Of a stretch of 64,000 bases of DNA, positions 54,046 through 63,750 are shown in pieces. The notes beneath the pieces were generated by a model. The model had not been told where the DNA came from. It saw only the letters and a list, made by a program, of their open reading frames with translations, and made no database searches. Each line of letters starts with the position of its first letter. Position 1 is the first letter of the stretch. Origin of the DNA: Bacteroidota bacterium (lineage in GTDB: Bacteria; Bacteroidota; Bacteroidia; Bacteroidales; JAAUTT01); the NCBI GenBank assembly GCA_021779665.1, contig JAJYAG010000002.1, positions 38,974 through 102,973 of the forward strand, read 5' to 3'. A program made the position numbers and the translations under genes.

Positions 54046-56913
54046 TCAGTTTAATTTTTCTTTTGCCGGACTTTTAACATTTTTTAATTTTTCGAGATAA
54101 TAGCGCGTTTCCGATTTCTCTCTTACAGTCCAGCTTTTCATCCAAACAGGTAATTTTGAATAAAAAATCAACTCCTGGTTTAGTTGCTTTTCATATTCAC
54201 GGATAATTTTCAGACCTTTTTCCCTGGCATCGCTTTTTAAATATCCTTCGGCAATAGGTATACAATAATGATCGTAAGGTACTTTCGCAGGTGGAAATAT
54301 TTCCATGACCCTGTCCAATACTTTAACCGCTTTATTTTTATCTCCTTCCTGAATCAATGCCAGAGCCAAACGGGCATAATTTTGCCTGACCCTCATAATG
54401 GATAACATATTTCGCACATGATCGTCCATCAATCCATTACTGTTCTTTTGCTTGTGCCATGCGGAATCATTCATCAGCCTTGCATACAAGCGTACTGTTT
54501 CGATTTTCCCGTAAAATGAATCTTGCCTTGGAGTAATTTCAGGAATGAGTTGATAGGCAAATCCGTCCAACCGCAAATAATTTTCCAAGCCAACTGTTCC
54601 ATATCCCGGTGCGGTAAAACTAACAGGCTGGTTCCATCCGGAGCCCGAAAGCAAATCGAGCACCATTAACTCATTTCGTCCTATATTGCTTTTTGGAAGA
54701 GTGAAAAGAACTGAATCGCTGTTGAATTTCATGTACAAATGCCTGGATGGAATAGTTCCGGTGTTTTCAATGTTTTTTAAAGCATCGCCCACAGAAACCG
54801 GATAAATATTATTCAATGTCTGAAACCAGTACCGCCCGGTGTAGGTTTCGGGAGAAAGCGTTAAAGGCAGGGGCGCCGATAAATACATTCGGTTTCGTTG
54901 CTGATTTATATACCAGGAGGCATTTAACAGCATCAGATTGATTACCCGAACGTCTGTCCTGATTCCTTCCACCTCCTGCAAATACCAGAGAGGATAGGTG
55001 TCGTTATCGCCTGCAGTAAACAAAACGGCATCAGGTTGACAGCTATTGAGATAATTGCGGGCAATATCCCTCACAATAAACCGGCCGTGGCGATTGTGAT
55101 CATCGAAATTCTGCGAAAACATCAAAACCGGAATAACCAGCGCAATTGAAATTCCTGTGACTACCGCGAGCGCTGGTCTAAACTTTTTACCGAGCAGATT
55201 GATAACCCACATCGCACCAAAGCCAATCCAAATAGAAAAAGCATAAAATGAACCCACGTACACATAATCGCGTTCGCGGGGCTGAAGAGGTGTTTGGTTT
55301 GTATAAACAACAATGGCGAGTCCTGTAAAAACGAATAAAAGCAGAACCGAAACAAAATACCGCCTGCTTCGGGAAAAATGATACACCATTCCTCCGATTC
55401 CGAGGATGAGAGGTAAAAGAAAATATCGGTTTCGCCCCGGATTATTTTTCAGGTAATCGGGCAACCATCGTTGAGGACCAATCATCCACTGATCGATAAA
55501 GTCAAACCCCGAAATCCAGTTCCCTTTCATAATACCGCCATTCCCCTGCATGTCGTTTTGCTTTCCGGCAAAGTTCCAGAGGAAATAACGCAGATACATG
55601 TACCCAACCTGATATGAAATAAAAAACTCGAGATTATCTGCAAAGGTCGGATTCAAAACTTTTTCGAATGAACCATCAGTTTTAGGTCTTTTTACAGTCT
55701 GAACCGAACCCCAGTTTTTATAAACCTCAATATGATTTTCGTTGGAGCTGTACATGCGAGGGAATAGCGTGAAGAAATTCCTGTCGTAACTATAACTCTC
55801 CGACGATTTTTTTAAATATTTTCCTCCGTGCAAAACATATGTGCTTGTTGGGGCATTTGCCCTTACGAGCGGAGCATTAAAGTTTTGTCCGTAAACCAAA
55901 GGCCGGTTTCCGTATTGGTCGCGATTAAGGTACGACAGCAAGGAAAAAACATTCGATGGCTCACCGGTATTGATGGGCGGATTGGCATTGGCCCGGATTA
56001 CGATCATGGCATAGGAGGAATACCCAATAAGCATTACAGCCAACCCAAGAAACAAAATATTCAGGATAGATTTGCCTTTGTGGTGAGCAAACCACGACAG
56101 AAAAATCAGGGAGAAAACTGCAGTAATTACAAAGAAAGCAAGTCCTGAATTTACCGGTAAATGAATCCGGTTTACAAAAATCAATTCAACAAGGGAAGCG
56201 AGCCTGACAGTTCCGGGTATTAACAGATATAAAACTCCAAGCAGCAAAACAAAGGAAAGTAAAAGAGCAACAACAGTTCCCCTTCTTCCCCTATAATTCC
56301 GGAAATAATATATCATCATAATTGCCGGTATAGCCAGCAGGTTCAAAAGATGAATCCCAATGGATAAGCCCATGAGATAGGCAATAAGTATGAGCCAGCG
56401 GTTGGCATAATTTCCGCGGTCCTCTTCCCATTTCAGAATACACCAGAAAACAAGAGCCGTAAACAACGAAGACAAAGCATACACTTCCGCTTCGGTTGCC
56501 GAAAACCAGAACGAATCCGAAAAGCAAAATGCCAACGATCCAACAATACCACTTCCAATAATTTTTACATGATACCACTTATCCCTTTCTCCTTCCGAAA
56601 AAATTCTTCGGGCCAGCTGCGTAATTGTCCAGAACAGAAAAAGTACAGTAAAAGCACTGGCGAGAGCAGAAAGGGAATTTATACATAAAGCCACATGACT
56701 CTTGTCGGGAGCCATCAAAGCAAATAAACGGGCAATCATCAGATAAAGCGGTGCTCCCGGAGGATGCCCCACCTCCAGCTTATAGGAGGCCGAGAGAAAT
56801 TCGCCGCAATCCCATAAGCTTACCGTAGGCTCCATGGTATAAAAATACAACACCAACGAGAGGGTAAAAACAATCCAGCCTGTAATATTATTGATGCGGG
56901 AAAAACCGTTCAT
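54046..56913 (-). CDS. DUF2723-family polytopic membrane protein (putative glycosyltransferase-like)
   Basis: 955 aa with many TM helices. The N-terminal motif TMEPTVSLWDCGEFLSASYKLEVGHPPGAPLY matches DUF2723 as I recall it. The C-terminal region is TPR-like. Confidence 0.75.
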   Translation of the reverse strand: MNGFSRINNITGWIVFTLSLVLYFYTMEPTVSLWDCGEFLSASYKLEVGHPPGAPLYLMIARLFALMAPDKSHVALCINSLSALASAFTVLFLFWTITQLARRIFSEGERDKWYHVKIIGSGIVGSLAFCFSDSFWFSATEAEVYALSSLFTALVFWCILKWEEDRGNYANRWLILIAYLMGLSIGIHLLNLLAIPAIMMIYYFRNYRGRRGTVVALLLSFVLLLGVLYLLIPGTVRLASLVELIFVNRIHLPVNSGLAFFVITAVFSLIFLSWFAHHKGKSILNILFLGLAVMLIGYSSYAMIVIRANANPPINTGEPSNVFSLLSYLNRDQYGNRPLVYGQNFNAPLVRANAPTSTYVLHGGKYLKKSSESYSYDRNFFTLFPRMYSSNENHIEVYKNWGSVQTVKRPKTDGSFEKVLNPTFADNLEFFISYQVGYMYLRYFLWNFAGKQNDMQGNGGIMKGNWISGFDFIDQWMIGPQRWLPDYLKNNPGRNRYFLLPLILGIGGMVYHFSRSRRYFVSVLLLFVFTGLAIVVYTNQTPLQPRERDYVYVGSFYAFSIWIGFGAMWVINLLGKKFRPALAVVTGISIALVIPVLMFSQNFDDHNRHGRFIVRDIARNYLNSCQPDAVLFTAGDNDTYPLWYLQEVEGIRTDVRVINLMLLNASWYINQQRNRMYLSAPLPLTLSPETYTGRYWFQTLNNIYPVSVGDALKNIENTGTIPSRHLYMKFNSDSVLFTLPKSNIGRNELMVLDLLSGSGWNQPVSFTAPGYGTVGLENYLRLDGFAYQLIPEITPRQDSFYGKIETVRLYARLMNDSAWHKQKNSNGLMDDHVRNMLSIMRVRQNYARLALALIQEGDKNKAVKVLDRVMEIFPPAKVPYDHYCIPIAEGYLKSDAREKGLKIIREYEKQLNQELIFYSKLPVWMKSWTVREKSETRYYLEKLKNVKSPAKEKLN

Positions 56914-57033
56914 GAAAATTAAAAACTTAATTCAGCTAAAATAAGGAAGATATTTCCAGGGGCAACATCCTCATGATAATTTATTGCATAAGGCAGTTCA
57001 TAAACTCTGAGCGGGTTGAGAAATGTTTGTGTG

Positions 57034-57098
57034 CTTTTGTGGCAGAAATTTAACCACAAAGTTTAACGAAGTTAACACAAAGGTATCACTAAGGAAAA
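57034..57098 (+). repeat. Intergenic element of the CACAAAG...CACAAAG...TCACTAAGG family (copy 2)
   Basis: CTTTTGTGGCAGAAATTTAACCACAAAGTTTAACGAAGTTAACACAAAGGTATCACTAAGGAAAAC. It shares its motif order with the reverse complement of 37556-37648. Confidence 0.6.
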
Positions 57099-57162
57099 CT
57101 CCTAACCCCTAAATACCTTTTGCTTACCATATTTTGCTATTTTTGAAAAAATTTATCCGATC

Positions 57163-57510
57163 ATGAGCAAGAAAAATCATAAAGGGAGGATGGATATTGT
57201 TTACTCCACCAATCCCGACTTTCAATATCAGTATCAGCAGGAGGAGTCTTCGGAAACACTTCCGCCTCAGCAGCAGAACCTCCGGGTAATGCTCGACAAA
57301 AAGAACCGTGGTGGTAAAATGGTTACACTCATTACAGGTTTTGTAGGTCTGGAAGAAGATCTGGAAGCGCTGGCTAAGGAATTAAAATCAAAATGCGGTG
57401 TGGGTGGCTCGGCTAAAGATGGCGAAATTCTGATTCAGGGTGACTTTCGGGACAAAATTCTTCAGATGCTTATTCAGAAAGGATACAAAGCTAAAAAGGC
57501 CGGGGGCTGA
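57163..57510 (+). CDS. SUI1/eIF1-family translation initiation factor (YciH-like)
   Basis: 115 aa. The core RGGKMVTLITGF...ELKSKCGVGGSAKDGEILIQGDFRDKI is typical of the SUI1 family. Confidence 0.85.
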   Translation: MSKKNHKGRMDIVYSTNPDFQYQYQQEESSETLPPQQQNLRVMLDKKNRGGKMVTLITGFVGLEEDLEALAKELKSKCGVGGSAKDGEILIQGDFRDKILQMLIQKGYKAKKAGG

Positions 57511-57540
57511 TTATAAAAAGTGGGGTTCGAGAAGGATGAT

Positions 57541-60390
57541 ATGATGAAGTATTCAAAGGCATTCAGGAGCATACTAATTTCGATAGTTTTAGTTTTATTT
57601 TACAGCCAATCCGCTAAATCCCAGTTTTACGAAACAGGTCAGGATCCTTTCTCAGTTTCCTGGAAACAAATCAAACTGAAAAACTATAAACTTATTTTTC
57701 CGGAAGATTTTGAACCAACAGCCCTTAAATTTGCTTCAACCCTCGATACATTTTATCCGGTTTCGTCCAAATATCTCTTAAAAGATCACAAGCGGATTTC
57801 CATCGTTTTTCATACCCAATCGTCGTTGTCGAACGGGATGGTGGTGTATGCCCCAAAACGGATGGAACTGTATACAATTCCTCCACAGGACAATTATCCA
57901 CAGGATTGGCTCGATCAGCTGGCACTTCACGAAACCAGGCATGTGGTTCAGCTCGATGCCCTGAATCAGGGCCTCACACGTTTTGGTTCCTTCATTATCG
58001 GTCAGCAAGCCATTGGAGCTGTAAGCGGATTGGTTCCCCGATGGTTTCTCGAAGGCGATGCCGTTTATTCCGAAACCATTTTTTCCAGTGCCGGAAGAGG
58101 TCGCAGTGCAGCCTTTCAGATGCCTTACCGCGCGCTGGTGCTAAATCGCGAGAAACTCTATTCCTACGAAAAAGCAATGTTGGGATCATATCGGAATTTT
58201 GTCCCCGATATCTATCAAATGGGTTATCCTATGGTGAAAATGATGCGCGACTCCTTCGATCAGGATATTTTTGGGAAAAGCTTAAAATATACAGCCCGCA
58301 ATCCTTACCTCGTTTTTCCTTTCGGACATTCCCTGAAAATAAATTCTGGCCTGAACAACCGTTATTCTTACGAATTCACCTATAAAACGCTGAAAAATAT
58401 CTGGGAGAAACAAAATCAATATTCAACCTATCAACACTGGCCGGTAAAAGAAACCAGAACTTTTACAAACTATAATACGCCGGTGCATATTAGTGATTCT
58501 CTCGTTTTAGCTCAGAAATGGAGCCTGGCACAAACACGCCGCTATGTTTTAATAGATAAACAGGGAAAAGAAAAGAAACTGATTACCATTGGTTCCAACA
58601 ATTCTGACAGAATATCACTGTACCAAAACAAGCTGGCCTGGAGCGAAAACAAAACCGATCTGCGCTGGACAAACCGCACTTATTCGGAAGTGATGATTTA
58701 CGATATAGAACACAAAACCCGAAAAGTTCTTACACGCAAAAGCTGGTACTTTTCACCGGCGTTCTCACCCGATGGCAGGCAGATTGCAGTAGTGGAAGAA
58801 TCGCCGAAATATCAAAGCGCACTTGTAATTCTGGATGCCAACTCCGGAAAGGTATTGCAAAGAATTGCCGCTCCCGATGGAAATCATTTACAGTATCCCG
58901 TTTGGAACAAAAGTGAAGTGTATTGTCTCTCGGTTCAAAAGAAGGGAAAGTCAATTATAAAACTAAAGAACGATTCGTGGTACGAGGTTATGCTTCCAAC
59001 ATTCAACAATATCAGCAGCTTCTGCATGGTCGACAGTACCATTGTGTTTGCCGGCGAAAATAACGGAGTCAATAATATCTTCATTTACAACCCTTTTAAA
59101 AATACTTATTCGCAGGTAACCAATTCCCGCTTTGGAGCTTTCGAACCATACCCCGATACGAACAACAACATTTTATATTTTTCCGAATACACTTCGGATG
59201 GTTACCGCATTAGCCATACTCCCTGGAATCCAGATTCCTACCTCCATACAATCGACTATAATCGCAATCCACTTACCGCCGTAACCCTTGAAAATTCAGG
59301 TTTCAACGTTCAGAATACTGCGAATGATTCCACGTTTTCATCAAAATACAAGCCGGAGAAGTATGCCCGATTGCCTCACCTTGTAAATGTTCACAGCTGG
59401 CTCCCGGCTTACTTCAATTATTCGGTTTCCGATTTCTCTAACCCCGGTCTTTATCCGGGATTGATGGTGCTTTCGCAGGACATTCTCGGAACGTTGGTTT
59501 CGTCAGCTGGCTATTCCAATCGTGAAGGATATTCTCACTTTCATGCCAACATAAGTTACAAAGCACTTTTACCCATCATAACATGGAGTATTGACGCCGG
59601 AGGGCCTGTTCAACATGTGGGAAGTTCGACAGCATTACCTTTAAGCTACAGCCGGAATATCCAATCGACAGTAAGTGTAAGCCTGCCTCTAAATTTATCA
59701 CGAGGAAAATATGCATCAGGAATTACACCATGGGTGGAATGGAAACTAAATCGTAACGCTTATTACATTAAAGCCGAAAATAATTACTACCAAGGTCTGC
59801 ATTATATCAACTACGGTGTAAATTTCTACAGGTATACCAAAATGGCAGTCCGAGATATTTTCCCTCGCTTCGGGGTTAGCTCTTTTTTCAAATTCCAAAC
59901 TACGCCATTCGAAAATAAGCTCTTCAATGAAATTTATGCAGTGAGTGCCCGGTTATATCTGCCAGGCCTAATGAAAAACCATAGCTTTCAGGTTCGGTAT
60001 GCTTACCAGAAACAATCGCCCTTACGCTATCTCTATGGTAGCATGATTTCGTTTCCGGCGGGATATGCCTCCCAGCGGTCGGAAGAACTGAATGCTGTAA
60101 ATGTCACATATGCTTTGCCATTGGTTTATCCCGACTTCCATCTCGGACCTGTTTTATATCTGAAGAGAATCCGTACCCATTTATTCTATGACATGGCTTT
60201 CAATAAATTTCATTCCCGACCGAATATAATAACTGAAAACATTCTTCGTTCAGTAGGGACGGATTTGATTGCCGATGTTCATTTCCTGAGAATTATGTTT
60301 CCATTTCAGGTGGGAGCACGGATCGCTTATCTTCCGGAGGAAAAAAGCATTTTTTGTCAGGCCATTTTTTCAGTTAACCTCGTATACTAA
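57541..60390 (+). CDS. Large secreted/outer-membrane protein: HEXXH motif, TolB-like beta-propeller, possible C-terminal beta-barrel
   Basis: Signal peptide (ILISIVLVLFYSQSAKSQ). Contains LALHETRHVV and PD40-like FSPDGRQIAVV. The C-terminus ...IFSVNLVY ends in an aromatic residue, as OMP beta-signals do. Start moved to ATG 57541. Confidence 0.5.
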   Translation: MMKYSKAFRSILISIVLVLFYSQSAKSQFYETGQDPFSVSWKQIKLKNYKLIFPEDFEPTALKFASTLDTFYPVSSKYLLKDHKRISIVFHTQSSLSNGMVVYAPKRMELYTIPPQDNYPQDWLDQLALHETRHVVQLDALNQGLTRFGSFIIGQQAIGAVSGLVPRWFLEGDAVYSETIFSSAGRGRSAAFQMPYRALVLNREKLYSYEKAMLGSYRNFVPDIYQMGYPMVKMMRDSFDQDIFGKSLKYTARNPYLVFPFGHSLKINSGLNNRYSYEFTYKTLKNIWEKQNQYSTYQHWPVKETRTFTNYNTPVHISDSLVLAQKWSLAQTRRYVLIDKQGKEKKLITIGSNNSDRISLYQNKLAWSENKTDLRWTNRTYSEVMIYDIEHKTRKVLTRKSWYFSPAFSPDGRQIAVVEESPKYQSALVILDANSGKVLQRIAAPDGNHLQYPVWNKSEVYCLSVQKKGKSIIKLKNDSWYEVMLPTFNNISSFCMVDSTIVFAGENNGVNNIFIYNPFKNTYSQVTNSRFGAFEPYPDTNNNILYFSEYTSDGYRISHTPWNPDSYLHTIDYNRNPLTAVTLENSGFNVQNTANDSTFSSKYKPEKYARLPHLVNVHSWLPAYFNYSVSDFSNPGLYPGLMVLSQDILGTLVSSAGYSNREGYSHFHANISYKALLPIITWSIDAGGPVQHVGSSTALPLSYSRNIQSTVSVSLPLNLSRGKYASGITPWVEWKLNRNAYYIKAENNYYQGLHYINYGVNFYRYTKMAVRDIFPRFGVSSFFKFQTTPFENKLFNEIYAVSARLYLPGLMKNHSFQVRYAYQKQSPLRYLYGSMISFPAGYASQRSEELNAVNVTYALPLVYPDFHLGPVLYLKRIRTHLFYDMAFNKFHSRPNIITENILRSVGTDLIADVHFLRIMFPFQVGARIAYLPEEKSIFCQAIFSVNLVY

Positions 60391-60500
60391 CTCGAAAAAT
60401 GAATGAACTTTCAGGTTTTACTCAAGGAATACATCAAAAATCATGTGTAGTAAAACGGCTATTATTCGTATATTAGTTTTACCTATTTCAAAAAAACAAA

Positions 60501-61244
60501 GTGCTTGACTTTTTAGAGAGACATAAGGAAGGTATTCTGGGAACCATAGTAATTCACCTGGTGCTTGCCACAGTGATTCTGATTATGAAAATTAACTCAT
60601 TGCAGAATAAGGAATCAGCCATGGTTGTGAATATGCTCGACGAAACTCAGATTCAGGAACTTTTAAATCCGGAAGAAAACAAAGAAAATCAGATTCAAAA
60701 TAAAGAAATATTTACTCCTGCTGAAAGGGAGTATCTCGGTGCACGGAATATAGGCACCAACGAAGCTGAACAAAAGGCTTCGGAAAATATTAACCAGATG
60801 GTGAACGAAATCAAAGGTGAACTGAATATTAAAGACCCTTCACCATCGCAGGCAAATAATTCTCCTGAACCCGATAACTCCGAAAATGCTCTGCCCGATA
60901 AAAACCAGAAAGAAGAAAAAGTAAATGTCCAGCGGAGCACGACCGGTGTTCGCACCTTTTACAAAGGGCCTACCACAGTTTCGTATTATCTTGAGGGTCG
61001 TTACCACACAAATCTGCCCATTCCGGTATATAAATGTGAAGGGAACGGTAAAATTGTAATGAAAATAGATGTTAACCAAGAGGGATATATCACCAAAACA
61101 GAAATAGACAGGGCTCAGTCAACCATTACCGATTGTCATCTGGAATCGGCCGAAAAAGCAGCACGAACCACAAGGTTTAATACTATTGCAAGCGGTCCGG
61201 CCATTCAAAAAGGGACGATAACTTATATTTTTGTAGCCCAGTAA
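60501..61244 (+). CDS. Membrane-anchored protein with TonB-C-like C-terminal domain
   Basis: 247 aa with a GTG start. N-terminal TM GILGTIVIHLVLATVILIM, a low-complexity acidic/Pro linker and a C-terminal roughly 80-aa TonB_C-like fold (GKIVMKIDVNQEGYITKTEI...AEKAARTTRFN). Confidence 0.5.
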   Translation: MLDFLERHKEGILGTIVIHLVLATVILIMKINSLQNKESAMVVNMLDETQIQELLNPEENKENQIQNKEIFTPAEREYLGARNIGTNEAEQKASENINQMVNEIKGELNIKDPSPSQANNSPEPDNSENALPDKNQKEEKVNVQRSTTGVRTFYKGPTTVSYYLEGRYHTNLPIPVYKCEGNGKIVMKIDVNQEGYITKTEIDRAQSTITDCHLESAEKAARTTRFNTIASGPAIQKGTITYIFVAQ

Positions 61245-61250
61245 AAGGGG

Positions 61251-61502
61251 TATAATCTCTTTGGAGGCTACTTCGAAAACTCAGTAGGTAGTTTCTACTT
61301 TGCAGTTGCTTATTCGATAGTTACAGTAGGTTTATTGAACCTGTCAGTAGGCTTTTCGAAAATCGCAGTTAGCTTTTCGAACCTTGGAGTAGGTTACTTG
61401 ATTTTTAAAGTTGATTATTCGAAAGTCGCAGTAGTCTTCTAGAAAGTTGTAGTTCCTTTCCTGAAAGCCAGAGATAGCTTTTTGAAAAGCATAATAACCG
61501 GA
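61251..61502. repeat. Degenerate tandem array of about 11 units with exact 21-nt phasing, consensus TTCGAAAnnTnCAGTAGGnTT
   Basis: The AGT/AGA anchor occurs at 61283, 61304, 61325, 61346, 61367, 61388, 61409, 61430, 61451 and 61472, all exactly 21 nt apart. The array fills the gap between convergent genes. Confidence 0.85.
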
Positions 61503-61520
61503 GTTTTTCACAACGCTTGT

Positions 61521-63518
61521 CTATTTCATTATGGTCCAGAAATACGTAAATGCATTATGCTCCACATCTTCACTTCCCGACCACATATTGTAAAACCGGA
61601 AAGTTTCTGCGTTACTTAACATGATCTTCAGCTCTTTTGTAGTTCCAACCAAACGGAAGGATTTATTTCCGGAACGGATGCAAAAAGGCATCTCAAAACC
61701 TTCCTTCACCTCCGTCCATTTAAATTTTATAATCAGATTTTTACCATCCTGTTCCCAGCTGTATTCAAGCACTGGCAAACCTGTTTCCATTAAAAACTTA
61801 TCGAAAAAAGAAGAATAATCTTTCTGTGTGTATTGGTTTACCAGGCGGATAAAATCGTTGGAAACAACCACCTTTTGCCGGTTTTGAACTGCAAAGTCTT
61901 TTATAATCCTGAAAAAGAGTGAATCGTCATTTATTGTACAACGTAAATTGTGAAGCAGCATAGCTCCTTTTGTATAAACATCATTCGAGGCAAAAGTATT
62001 TTCATTCACATCGCGGTTACCCACCAATGGCCAGAAATTAAAGATCTGAACCATTTTTCCGGCAGCTTCTTTTAAATAATCGGCATATCCATAACGTTTT
62101 TCCATAAACAAAAGCTCCGCATACGTTGCAAAACCTTCCTGGATCCACATATCGGCCATATCGGCAGCCGATACCGAATTTCCCCACCACTCGTGTGCTG
62201 TTTCATGAACAATAATATAATCGTAGTCCTTGTTCACATAAACATTGTTTTTCTTATCATAGTCATTTCCATAGGCAATGGCTCCCTGATGCTCCATCCC
62301 TTCATAAGGAGACTCGATCATGGCAAAGCCATCCTGCGGGAAAGGATAATTTCCAAATAACTCTTCGTACACTTTTATAACTTCTTTGGTTTGCTTAAAT
62401 GTCTCCCTGGCATTTTCGAGGTTATAAGGCAGAACGTAGTAATCGAGCGGATAAGTTCCTTCACTGTTTGTAACTGAATCAGCAAACTGGGTGAATTTTC
62501 CCAGATAGAAAGTCGCATTATAGTTATCGATGGAATTCTTAACCAGCCAGGTGTGCGACGTATAGCCGTCTTCCGCAGGCTTCTTTTCAATTAAGGTTCC
62601 GTTTGAAATCAGATCATAACCCGAAGGAACTGTAAATGTCATCTTCATGGAATCGGGTTCATCACTCATGTGGTCTTTACATGGCCACCACGAACTGGCT
62701 CCGAGATGTTCACAGGCAACGCCGTCCCAGTAATTTCCTTTTTTATCCTTTTTCCATACAAAGCCTCCAAACCAGGGAGGATTAATTGCTTCCTGCGGTT
62801 TTCCGGAATAGGTAATTCTTATCTTTTGAAGCGAATTAACGGGTAACTCTTCCGGGAAGTCAATAAAAACCGCATCATATTCTCTCGAAAATTTCAGGCT
62901 GTGGTTATTCCAGAAGATACCCGAAATATTAAACTGGCTGAAAAGATCAATCTGGATGCGACGTGCTTTTTCAACGATCTTAAAAAATATGTCATTACTT
63001 CCATTTATAAAGCGTTTTTTTACATCAATCTTAACACTAAGATCATAAAAAGTGACATCATACGATGTCCTCTCAGGCCGCAAACTTCCCCGCAAGGTAT
63101 CTTTTCTTGAGTATTTGGGACGGTAACCATTCTCAGGATATATATCAGTTCCTTTATAGAAAAAATCTTTCAGAAACTTCAGGCGGTATTCATCATCACA
63201 TAAAAACCCGAAAAACTGCTTGTCGGGAGGTTTAACGCCATAGCTTTTTGCAACTGATAAATCACTGCAACCGCCTCTGTTATCTCCCAGGAAAATTTTA
63301 GACATCCCTCTCAGATAATAAGCTGAACCCTCTTTTGGAGTCATCATTATCAATTTATCCAGAACATCAATAGCATGAATATAATCGCCCTTACTTACAT
63401 GCAGCTGGGCTCTGATATTCAATTCTTCAGCTGTTTGGCCGAACATAGATCCTAAAGAGGAGATTGCAAGCGCAATAATAAAATTGAGTTTCATGCGTAT
63501 TATTAATGACTTTTTCAT
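61521..63518 (-). CDS. M1-family zinc aminopeptidase with N-terminal TPR-like region
   Basis: 665 aa with a signal peptide. HETAHEWWGN plus WIQEGFATY form the HEXXH-x18-E zinc site. A GAMEH-like motif (YEGMEHQGA) is present. Confidence 0.85.
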   Translation of the reverse strand: MKKSLIIRMKLNFIIALAISSLGSMFGQTAEELNIRAQLHVSKGDYIHAIDVLDKLIMMTPKEGSAYYLRGMSKIFLGDNRGGCSDLSVAKSYGVKPPDKQFFGFLCDDEYRLKFLKDFFYKGTDIYPENGYRPKYSRKDTLRGSLRPERTSYDVTFYDLSVKIDVKKRFINGSNDIFFKIVEKARRIQIDLFSQFNISGIFWNNHSLKFSREYDAVFIDFPEELPVNSLQKIRITYSGKPQEAINPPWFGGFVWKKDKKGNYWDGVACEHLGASSWWPCKDHMSDEPDSMKMTFTVPSGYDLISNGTLIEKKPAEDGYTSHTWLVKNSIDNYNATFYLGKFTQFADSVTNSEGTYPLDYYVLPYNLENARETFKQTKEVIKVYEELFGNYPFPQDGFAMIESPYEGMEHQGAIAYGNDYDKKNNVYVNKDYDYIIVHETAHEWWGNSVSAADMADMWIQEGFATYAELLFMEKRYGYADYLKEAAGKMVQIFNFWPLVGNRDVNENTFASNDVYTKGAMLLHNLRCTINDDSLFFRIIKDFAVQNRQKVVVSNDFIRLVNQYTQKDYSSFFDKFLMETGLPVLEYSWEQDGKNLIIKFKWTEVKEGFEMPFCIRSGNKSFRLVGTTKELKIMLSNAETFRFYNMWSGSEDVEHNAFTYFWTIMK

Positions 63519-63750
63519 TCAAATTTAACAGTTTGAACAGTAAAACTGACAAAATTTCTATATTAATAAAATTTATGTCAGTACTATTTACAAGAAATTT
63601 CATTGCGAATTATCTGCTTCCTTACCGGAAGACTCGTAAATTAAGGTTTTAAGCGATATGAAAGCTTTCGGGTCAACTTAACCTTACAACTGGTAACCTT
63701 TTTGGCTGATTTTTTGTATTATGAAAGTGTTAACTTAAAATAATTGAAAT

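Noticed and set aside
61251-61502. The 21-nt tandem array as a CRISPR array.
   Set aside because: The units are contiguous with no spacers, are too short and too diverged, and no cas genes are present in the window.
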